From: Saccharicrinis sp.
Lineage (GTDB): Bacteria > Bacteroidota > Bacteroidia > Bacteroidales > Marinilabiliaceae
NCBI GenBank assembly: GCA_041595375.1
Contig: JBFHKL010000001.1
Span: forward strand, 1 to 63,339
DNA: 63,339 bases
Reading direction: 5' to 3'
Shown piece after piece: positions 31,801-39,193 of this stretch; positions within the stretch are counted from its first letter, which is position 1, and every line of letters starts with the position of its first letter. Both the position numbers and the translations under genes were made by a program. Under the pieces are notes generated by a model. It was not told the DNA's origin, searched no databases, and worked only from the letters and a program-made list of their open reading frames with translations.

Positions 31801-31934
31801 CGGGTCAGCAAATCGCAAGCTATAAAATCGACAACTCGACAGGTCAAATCAGTCTCAAAGGAATCGAAAGAGGGGGCTATATTTTAAAAGCTTTTGGAGA
31901 TTCAACTATAGTATCCAAGTTTATTAAAGAGTAG
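28863..31934 (+). CDS. GH107 endo-fucoidanase: unknown N-terminal domain, GH107, cadherin/Ig-like, Big_2, F-type lectin (CBM47-like), T9SS CTD
   Basis: LRYGKYFDSWIFD, AGNPEIPIAFN, DDFTFGH (Asp/His pair typical of GH107), DFWDPEGD, NPWWQVDLG, YPNPAK...KFIKE. Confidence 0.88.
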   Translation: MIKKLPRNINPILLFQMLLACSFVLHSNLGYSQVYFDESAPYLVKSIEGAATWTKDVSTGDFIYNNGGTVYTQRAMLYSAAAYQSNDGFKLTIEYTTGSIDDTAAHNFSFGLISDETDLAAYSGFNPFKTETSVYSIGANLTTDDDITARGLNFTNGTSRLTLDQSGSRAQFATRATTKVTIEIGIGGYWSYRINDVYEASGVLVNGIDLTKSYQVAIYGQDDNGGGKSIQSIKLEKRYAAGERAPHLKGTWNSEIDVDLLDDRIKNLKTLDRIGVTFTNGAVLSAQHYAPHKLFDMLAGGDAVAPAWGNLNSDTPQNDKMLTDILKIKAAGFNVKAYTNSENFVGTNEASLQPFVDSWIAYCDTNPEIQAFINSQPYHTGIWNVTTQQYEDATATYPLRKYMFCYAEYFLKDYALRYGKYFDSWIFDSGNTMESNGDNAKSGLLEEQRIYQAFANAVHAGNPEIPIAFNNGRSTVNYNAFPYAIPTRFDDFTFGHAFGGNNDHASKTGGQFANNYNYISRMTATDGAVHSGGNWTWDDKIVGNFHSKLSTTAWKYGATQAWEQDDFNQWNLEAMKAGGSMTWGGSYNRDVTAIYDWVYVLLVGMDNYLAANENPGAPNWARAHTILPEAFTGQSYSHKLREGIDFWDPEGDAMALIALDNFPSWLSISKIADGVWELSGTPTETTNSSYEFNLQASDASGGTNRIVNLNVLDSNAIQVSGVAISKNNAYLIKDETLILSAVVSPINAVNKNIIWSSSAPTIAIVDSNGSVKGLAVGNAIISATTEDGGFVSSCMLTVVDGTNFNLALMGTATQSSTDFGAVASRAIDGNTDGTFGNGSVTHTLTEVNPWWQVDLGYETTIGTIKLFNRLGSNYTRLSNYTLSIYNASGVPVYSETFAEAPNLTTSINVGGVRGQIVKIQLNNTNPLSLAEVEVYKESNLSVNKITEKNIIFYPNPAKDVLNYDLKEGGRFTHLVIYSISGQQIASYKIDNSTGQISLKGIERGGYILKAFGDSTIVSKFIKE

Positions 31935-32121
31935 TAAAAAAAACAATAAATTAGGATTGAAAAAAGTGTTTAAAGTTCAAATACAAAAGATTAATATTTA
32001 CAATAACCGATTTTGATATTTCAATTTCGGTTTTTTTGTACTTTATTTTGGGAGTAAAAGTATTCCCCGATGGCGTAGGCTTGTTTACTAACTCGTATCC
32101 ACAATAATTGATAAGTACCAC

Positions 32122-32154
32122 AAAACTACAACGAAAAAAAAAGGTTGTAGTTTT
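32122..32154. repeat. 11-bp inverted repeat hairpin
   Basis: AAAACTACAAC-11 nt-GTTGTAGTTTT. Confidence 0.6.
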
Positions 32155-32173
32155 AACTAGAAAATAATGTACC

Positions 32174-32210
32174 AACCCTGCTAGAGTTTAAAACTCTAGC
32201 AGGGTTTTTT
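32174..32210 (+). terminator. 33-bp near-perfect palindrome plus T-run (terminator/REP-like)
   Basis: AACCCTGCTAGAGTTT-A-AAACTCTAGCAGGGTT then TTTT. Confidence 0.7.
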
Positions 32211-32498
32211 GCGTAAAAAAGCAAACCAGATATTTTGGTTTCTTTTTATTTTGAGGGTAATAGTATTTCTTTCATTAGCTCAAATTCTCCTTATGGTGAT
32301 AATCTTTTTTATTTGTTGAGCCGCCTGTTGGCTGACAGTGCTTTGTTCCAAAGTGTAATTTAGGTTTGATATTCTTAAAACAGAAAATTTTATCAGGATT
32401 AAATTCCCTTCAAAGTGGAATACTTTCCTTGTGTAATAATCGTATTTCTCTAAAAATAGCAATTTCTTTCAGTGATTTTGTTTAAAAAATCAATGGTT

Positions 32499-32630
32499 GA
32501 TTTGAGTAATCAACATGGGTTAACCCCTATAAAATAAGGAGTTGTTGTTGCTTCAATCAACCCGATTGAATTCAGCAATAAAAAAGCACGATAGCAGTAA
32601 GGGCATTTGGCTTTTGTTGATTCATATTTG
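32499..32630 (+). promoter_or_regulatory. Putative HTCS operator/promoter (copy 3)
   Basis: GATTTGAGTA 32499, GAATTCAGCA 32568, GATAGCAGTA 32590, CATATTTG 32623; extended similarity to 41798-41928. Confidence 0.7.
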
Positions 32631-32779
32631 TATTCATCGATTGAACTTATAGGAGTTATGTTTGATTATGAAGTTATAGGATGGAATATAAATAGTGAAA
32701 ACGAATTAGATCCAAAAGTGAATTTCAATATTCCATTTTGTATAACTAGAAACTAATTCGTTTAAAAAGAATAATAATT

Positions 32780-34570
32780 ATGTTTAAAAAAAGAAAACAA
32801 CATCTATCGCTATTAGCAGCAATGCTTTTTGCGCTTTCTGCTTTTTCTCAAGAAACAGGAGACAATCAACAAAGTATGGATAAGATGTGGGGTGAAGCTT
32901 CCGTTTCTGGTGATGCTTTGAAAAACGGAAAGGCAAAACTTTTTGATGAAAGCAATTTTGGAATGTTTATTCACTGGGGGTTGTTCTCAAAATTGGCAGG
33001 GCAATGGAAAGGGAAAACCTATTATGGAATTGGAGAATGGATTATGAATCCAAGAGTTGCCAATATTCCTCCAAAAGAATATATGGAAATAGCTAAAGAT
33101 TTTAATCCAACAGATTTTGATGCCAAAGCTATTGCGCAATTGGCAAAGGATGCAGGAATGAAATATATAATCATCACGAGTAAGCATCATGAAGGTTTTG
33201 CAATGTTTGATTCAAAGGCTGATGCATTTAATATTTTAAAAGCCACTCCTTTTAAGCGTGACCCAATGAAAGAACTGTCTCAGGCATGTCACGATTTAGG
33301 ATTGGGATTTGGTTTTTATTATTCGCATAATCAAGATTGGACGACACCAGGAGGTACAGGCGGGCCTAAAAAGAATGCAAATGGTACCTCTGCTAGTTTT
33401 GAAGATTACTTCTATAAAAAATGTAAACCTCAGATAAAAGAAATTTGTTCGAACTATGGAGACATCGATTTTATTTGGTTTGACACTCCTGGAGGGATGA
33501 AAAAAGAATTAGTGATGGAGTTGGCCGACTTGGTAAAGGAATTACAACCTAATGCCATGTTGTGTAGCCGTGTGGGGTATGGATTAGGAGATTATGTGAG
33601 TCATGGCGATATGGAAGTGCCTCATAAAAACTTAGATATTTTATGGGAAAGCTGTGATACTAACAATGATTCATGGTCGTATGCTTGGTATGATAATAAC
33701 TTCAAAGGGCCTAAAGAAATTCTAAGCCGATTGATTTCAACCATCGGTCGTGGAGGAACGTATTTATTCAATATTGGTCCTGATGGAAAAGGAAAGGTTC
33801 CCGAAACTGGTGTTCAATTTTTAGAGGATGCAGGAAAATGGATTAAAAAGTATCCTCAAGTGATTTATGGTGCCGGTAGTTCGCCATGGGGTCATGCCCA
33901 AGCTTGGGGTGATGTCACGACACAAGGAAATTCCTTATTCCTTTCAGTGTTCAACTGGCCACAAGACGGAAATTTATATTTACCAGGTTTAGAAACTGAA
34001 ATTGCTTCTGCTAAAATTTTAGGTAATGATGCAAAGGAGTTGGAATTTGAGAAAAAAAACAATTGGACCGTATTTCATGTTCCTTACAAAGTACCAGAAA
34101 ATCCTGTTTCGGTTATAGAAGTGAAATTAAAAACGAAACCTAAAGTAGATACAACTCAAGCCATTTACCCAAACATAGCTTCTGATTTGTTAACAGAATT
34201 TGCTGAGGTGAAAGGAGCTGAGAAAAAATCAATCCGTTGGATGGAGAAATTTGGCGAGTGGAAACGAACGACACAAATTAGCCAATGGAAAAAGAATGGG
34301 ACTGCTACTTGGACTGTCAATGTTTTGGAACCTAGAAAATATTATTTGCATCTAAATTATTCCGGCTCGGGACGTTTGGTTTGGAAAACGACTACAGATG
34401 AGGGAGTTATGGTTCAAAACCAGCAAGCGGCTACTGAGAAATATGAGAGCTATCCGATGGGGATTTTAGAATTTAAAACCCCAGGAAAACATACCGTTAG
34501 CGTTTCATTAGTGGAAGGAAATTCAGAAACATCCAGTTTGAAATCGGTGATTATTGAGCCAATACATTAA
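32780..34570 (+). CDS. GH29 alpha-L-fucosidase with C-terminal CBM-like domain (paralog of 8550)
   Basis: Intact signal peptide, FGMFIHWG, SKHHEGF, YYSHNQDW, IWFD. Confidence 0.95.
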   Translation: MFKKRKQHLSLLAAMLFALSAFSQETGDNQQSMDKMWGEASVSGDALKNGKAKLFDESNFGMFIHWGLFSKLAGQWKGKTYYGIGEWIMNPRVANIPPKEYMEIAKDFNPTDFDAKAIAQLAKDAGMKYIIITSKHHEGFAMFDSKADAFNILKATPFKRDPMKELSQACHDLGLGFGFYYSHNQDWTTPGGTGGPKKNANGTSASFEDYFYKKCKPQIKEICSNYGDIDFIWFDTPGGMKKELVMELADLVKELQPNAMLCSRVGYGLGDYVSHGDMEVPHKNLDILWESCDTNNDSWSYAWYDNNFKGPKEILSRLISTIGRGGTYLFNIGPDGKGKVPETGVQFLEDAGKWIKKYPQVIYGAGSSPWGHAQAWGDVTTQGNSLFLSVFNWPQDGNLYLPGLETEIASAKILGNDAKELEFEKKNNWTVFHVPYKVPENPVSVIEVKLKTKPKVDTTQAIYPNIASDLLTEFAEVKGAEKKSIRWMEKFGEWKRTTQISQWKKNGTATWTVNVLEPRKYYLHLNYSGSGRLVWKTTTDEGVMVQNQQAATEKYESYPMGILEFKTPGKHTVSVSLVEGNSETSSLKSVIIEPIH

Positions 34571-34612
34571 TACAGAAATAACTAGTATCATAAAAACAAT
34601 AAAACATTAAAA

Positions 34613-36415
34613 ATGACTAATTCAAACCAATTTATAGGACTTATAGCGCTACTGACAGTTTTGATTTTCAGTACGACGGTGAGTTCTCAAAATAAAAACA
34701 AAAAACCAAATGTCATCATAGTAATTACTGATGATCAAGGTTATGGAGATTTAGGACATACAGGAAATACCATTATTAAAACGCCAACAATAGATCAGTT
34801 TGCAATACAAGGGGTGAGTTTAACCAACTATCATGTAGGAACAACTTGTGCACCTACTAGAGCAGGTTTGATGACAGGAAGAAACTGCAATAGAAATGGA
34901 GTATGGCACACTATTATGGGAGCTTCTATGCTAAATAGAGAGGAAGTAACCATGGCGGATGTGTTTAAAAACAATGGGTATAAAACGGGAATGTTTGGGA
35001 AATGGCATTTAGGTGATAACCATCCTTTTAGTCCAAATGATAGAGGTTTTGAAGAAGCCTTTTATCATGGAGGTGGAGGTGTAGGTCAAACACCTGATTA
35101 CTGGAATAATGATTATTTTGACGATACCTATTTAAGAAATGGAACTCATGAAAAAGTGGCGGGATATTGTACCGATGTTTGGTTTCAAGAAGCAACAAAA
35201 TTTATTGAGAGTAAAAAAGGCAGTCCGTTTTTATGTTATTTGAGTTTGAATGCGCCTCATTCACCCTATAACGTACCCAAAGAGTATTATGACCTTTATA
35301 AAGATGAAAGCAGTTTGATAGAATCTCAAAAGCGTTTTTATGGGATGATTACCAATATAGATGACAATTTTGCAAAACTCTTAAAAAAATTAGACGATTT
35401 AAAAATTGCTGATAATACCATCATCATTTTCACTACAGATAACGGAACATCTAATGGTTATAAAGTTGATGAAAAGACGGGTCAGGTACATGGTTATAAT
35501 GCGGGAATGAAAGGAACAAAATCTAGTGAATACGATGGTGGACACCGAGTTCCATTTATCATTAGATGGCCTAATGGGAAATTGACTTCAGGAAAGTCAT
35601 TACCTGAATTGACAGCTCATGTAGATATGCTTCCTACACTATGTTCGTTAGCCGAAATCAAATTTAAGTCGGATAAAGTAATGGATGGTACAGACATCAG
35701 TGGGTATTTAACAGGGAAATCCAAGCTAAAAGAACGAATGTTAGTTACTGATACACAACGTATTTCTTGGCCTGAAAAAGGAAAAAATAGTTGCGTGATG
35801 GATGGTTCATGGCGATTGATTAATGGAAAAGAGTTGTATGATACAAAAAATGACCCAGGGCAAACTAAAAACTTGGCTCAAAATTTTCCTGAGCGTGTGG
35901 CTAAAATGAATGCTTTTTATGCTAGCTGGTGGGATAGTGTTATCAAAGAAACCAAATATTCGACTATTGATTTAGGGGTAGATGAGCATGAGGTAATTAC
36001 ATGTCATGATGCTAGAACAATTGATTATTTGCCACCATGGAATCAGGAAATGATTAGAGAAGGGAATCCAATGAAACCAGCACCATTCTTTGTGAATTTT
36101 GTAAAATCAGGAAGTTATAAAATTAAATTAGGTCGTTGGCCTGAAGAAAGTGGTGTGGCTTTAGGAGCTGAAATCTATGACCAAAGACCAGCTACACTTA
36201 ATTATGAGTCTCGTGGTAAAGGAAAAGCAATGAAGTTTAAAAAAGCCTTTATTAAAATTGGGGATAAAGAAATGAATGTTGCGGTAAACAATAAGCTTCA
36301 AACAGCCGACTTAGAACTAACCATTGAAAAAGGAAAAACCGAACTATTGGCATGGTTTGAATTGGAAAATGGAGAATTAACAAATGCATTTTATATAAAC
36401 GTTGAAAAAAAATAA
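34613..36415 (+). CDS. S1 sulfatase with extra C-terminal domain (related to 16887)
   Basis: PNVIIVITDDQG, CAPTRAGLMTG, GKWHLG, PDYWNNDYFDD. Confidence 0.95.
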   Translation: MTNSNQFIGLIALLTVLIFSTTVSSQNKNKKPNVIIVITDDQGYGDLGHTGNTIIKTPTIDQFAIQGVSLTNYHVGTTCAPTRAGLMTGRNCNRNGVWHTIMGASMLNREEVTMADVFKNNGYKTGMFGKWHLGDNHPFSPNDRGFEEAFYHGGGGVGQTPDYWNNDYFDDTYLRNGTHEKVAGYCTDVWFQEATKFIESKKGSPFLCYLSLNAPHSPYNVPKEYYDLYKDESSLIESQKRFYGMITNIDDNFAKLLKKLDDLKIADNTIIIFTTDNGTSNGYKVDEKTGQVHGYNAGMKGTKSSEYDGGHRVPFIIRWPNGKLTSGKSLPELTAHVDMLPTLCSLAEIKFKSDKVMDGTDISGYLTGKSKLKERMLVTDTQRISWPEKGKNSCVMDGSWRLINGKELYDTKNDPGQTKNLAQNFPERVAKMNAFYASWWDSVIKETKYSTIDLGVDEHEVITCHDARTIDYLPPWNQEMIREGNPMKPAPFFVNFVKSGSYKIKLGRWPEESGVALGAEIYDQRPATLNYESRGKGKAMKFKKAFIKIGDKEMNVAVNNKLQTADLELTIEKGKTELLAWFELENGELTNAFYINVEKK

Positions 36416-36419
36416 AAAG

Positions 36420-36767
36420 ATGAAAAAAATTATTACAGTAGTTGCTTTAATGTTAATAGCATTTTCAGCAAAATCACAAAACAAAAAAGGGAGTATTAAT
36501 AAAGATTGCTTTTTACAAAATGCAGTTTCCACATTTAACTTATCTGAAGACAGTAAAAGTAAATTAAATGAACTACTGAAAGGGAAAGAGGAGGCGATTA
36601 CTGCTATTCGTATTAAAGCTAAAGCAAACGAAATTTCTGGTGATGAAGTCAAAAGCAAGATGAGAGCAGTTAACCAAGGATACTTTGGTGAACTAGCAAC
36701 TCTGGTGGGTAAAAACAAAAAAGAAGTCATGACTTTTGAGAAAGAAGTTCGAAAAACATGTAGATAA
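36420..36767 (+). CDS. Small secreted, basic, helical hypothetical protein
   Basis: Signal peptide MKKIITVVALMLIAFSAKSQ; fits tightly between operon genes. Confidence 0.8.
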   Translation: MKKIITVVALMLIAFSAKSQNKKGSINKDCFLQNAVSTFNLSEDSKSKLNELLKGKEEAITAIRIKAKANEISGDEVKSKMRAVNQGYFGELATLVGKNKKEVMTFEKEVRKTCR

Positions 36768-36815
36768 AAGGCATACACGCAATTTCAAATTGTTGAATAT
36801 TTTATTCTAAAAAAA

Positions 36816-37949
36816 ATGAGAACGATATTGTTAAATAACATGAGCTATTCAATTTCAAGAAAAATGGTTTTGAGTTTTCTTTCGTTAGTTGCATTTGCGG
36901 CACAAGCGCAACAAATGGGAACTAAAGTGGATTACAAAATTGAATTTTCAAAACTGGATAGCAATAACAATGGTGCGCTTGAAAGAGATGAGGTAGTGCA
37001 AACCTGGGCGCAACTTAGAACCCATGATGCCGACAAAAATAACAAACTCTCATTAGAAGAATTTTCAAAATATGATATTCCTTATTTGAAAACCAAAGGA
37101 GCTATTAATTTGAATGTAAAATATAAGTCAACCAAAGAAGAGGATTTGTACTTGGATATTTATTATCCATCAACAAAATCAGATACTAAAGGATATCCTA
37201 TTATGCTGTACACCCATGGAGGTGGTTGGTTTACTGGCAGCAAGGAAAATATTGCTAGATCACCAGTTAATGAACCTTTTTTAGCATTAGTAGAACAGGG
37301 GTTTGCAGTAGTATCCATCAATTATAGTTTGACTAAGCTAAAGTCGGTTTTGATGAAAGATTGCGTGGTTGATGCTATGGATGCGGTACGATACTTATCT
37401 AAAAATCAAATAGCATTAGGGGTAGATGCTAATCGTGTCTATGTTTTAGGAGATTCAGCAGGTGGACATCTGGCACAAATGATTACACTGGCTAACCCAA
37501 ATGATTTTAAAGGAGATAAAAATTTGTTTGGCAATCCATATAAAGTAATTGCAGGCGTTTCATGGTACGGTCCTTCTGATTTTACTGAAAAAAAATTCTT
37601 TGAAACCAATGACCCTTCTAAAGAAGCCGATCGTTTTAGTTCCAGAATTACCAAAACAGAAAAAAATCCCGATAAAATCGCTGCGATGTACAAAGAGATG
37701 AGTCCGCTGTTTTATTTGACTAAAAACAGTCCGCCTTTATTTATGATGGCTGCTGATAATGATACGACCATACCTGTTATACATGCCTACCACATGAAAG
37801 AAAAAGCGGATAGTATTCAGGCTAATGTGGAGATGCTTATTGTGAAAAATGCAGGACACAATTGGCGAAAAGCAGGAGGGAACATTGAACCAACGCTAGA
37901 AGTTATTACCCAAAAGACTGTGGACTTCTTCCTAAAACACAAACAATAA
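36816..37949 (+). CDS. Alpha/beta-hydrolase esterase (HSL/BD-FAE-like) with N-terminal EF-hand pair
   Basis: HGGGW, GDSAGG, DNDTTIP, NAGH; EF loops DSNNNGALERDE and DADKNNKLSLEE. Confidence 0.88.
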   Translation: MRTILLNNMSYSISRKMVLSFLSLVAFAAQAQQMGTKVDYKIEFSKLDSNNNGALERDEVVQTWAQLRTHDADKNNKLSLEEFSKYDIPYLKTKGAINLNVKYKSTKEEDLYLDIYYPSTKSDTKGYPIMLYTHGGGWFTGSKENIARSPVNEPFLALVEQGFAVVSINYSLTKLKSVLMKDCVVDAMDAVRYLSKNQIALGVDANRVYVLGDSAGGHLAQMITLANPNDFKGDKNLFGNPYKVIAGVSWYGPSDFTEKKFFETNDPSKEADRFSSRITKTEKNPDKIAAMYKEMSPLFYLTKNSPPLFMMAADNDTTIPVIHAYHMKEKADSIQANVEMLIVKNAGHNWRKAGGNIEPTLEVITQKTVDFFLKHKQ

Positions 37950-38024
37950 ATCAAGTTTCAATAAGAAACAAAAAGCAATTTTAAATTCAATTATTAACAA
38001 TTATTAACATTCAATTTTTACATT

Positions 38025-38975
38025 ATGAAAAACAATTACTTAAACAATGGATTAAAAAACGGGCTTAAAGCTTTAGCGTTTTTATGTGTATTCGGATACA
38101 CAAATATGAGCGCACAAACTAGTGCTACAAAAGTTCTAACTGTCGCAGCAAGTGCTACTTGGCCTGGTTATGATCATACTGCTGGTGTTGTAAAATTTAC
38201 AACTGATGAAATAACACAAGATGGTGCCACTTTTAAATTACAAATATCAGTAACTGCTATTTCTGGTGGTGCTGCAGCTGGAATTTCAGCTGATGCAAAT
38301 GGTTGGGGACCAACTAATTCAACTGATACTAGTGTAAGAGCTTCTTTTGATGATATAGGTGATGAGAATGCCACCATAAGTTCAATCGAGGTGGTTGATT
38401 TTAACGGAGGTACTAATTCTTATGACGTATCTAGTATTTCGGGTCTTAAATTCCAATCTGTAGATATTTCTTTTGCAAACAATGCTTCTGATAGAGTAGG
38501 AATTGGAGCTAACGGGGGTACTGTTTTAGAACTTGAAAGATTAAGTGCTAGTCCGTATACTATTCCATTTGATGGTGATTTTGTTAATAATGCTGGTACA
38601 ACATTTAATTTAGCCACACCTAACGCGACTTCGTTCAATATTTCAGTTCTAGATAATAGTAATAATCAAGCTAATAGATTTGCTGTTGGAGGCATAACAA
38701 TTGCTTATACATTTACTCCTATAACCCTTGGAGTTAATGATTTTGGAACTGCTTCAAAAAGCGGATTAATTGTGAGTCCAAATCCTGCAGTGGATACAGT
38801 AGCATTGAATATGACTGTAAAATCAGCTGAAATTGTTGCCATGACAGGTAGAACTGTACAAACTTTTAATGGTGAAACAGCAAGTTTAGATGTTTCTGGT
38901 TTGGTATCAGGTATGTATATTTTAAAAGCTATCAATCTAGAAGGTCAAGTGTTTACTGCAAAAATTATTAAATAA
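38025..38975 (+). CDS. T9SS-secreted protein with a single uncharacterised beta-rich domain
   Basis: Signal peptide, S/T/G/A-rich domain, CTD (SPNPA...SGMYILK...KIIK). Confidence 0.85.
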   Translation: MKNNYLNNGLKNGLKALAFLCVFGYTNMSAQTSATKVLTVAASATWPGYDHTAGVVKFTTDEITQDGATFKLQISVTAISGGAAAGISADANGWGPTNSTDTSVRASFDDIGDENATISSIEVVDFNGGTNSYDVSSISGLKFQSVDISFANNASDRVGIGANGGTVLELERLSASPYTIPFDGDFVNNAGTTFNLATPNATSFNISVLDNSNNQANRFAVGGITIAYTFTPITLGVNDFGTASKSGLIVSPNPAVDTVALNMTVKSAEIVAMTGRTVQTFNGETASLDVSGLVSGMYILKAINLEGQVFTAKIIK

Positions 38976-39006
38976 TATAATTTTTAGGCTTTAGCATAAA
39001 AAAAAT

Positions 39007-39064
39007 CATTAAGAAATTAATAGCATTAAGTTTTATGAGCTTAACCAATCTTAATTTCTTAATG
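39007..39064. terminator. Long hairpin after the T9SS protein gene
   Basis: CATTAAGAAATTAA/TTAATTTCTTAATG 14-bp inverted repeat with an inner stem. Confidence 0.45.
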
Positions 39065-39193
39065 TATTATAAAAATATAGCCAACCACTATATTTAAAAT
39101 AGTAAAATGAGTTGAATAGATGCTTTTCATTTATAGTCTCTTTATTAGAAACTTATTTTTCTAAGCCAATTAAACCAACCGCTAACTATATCC

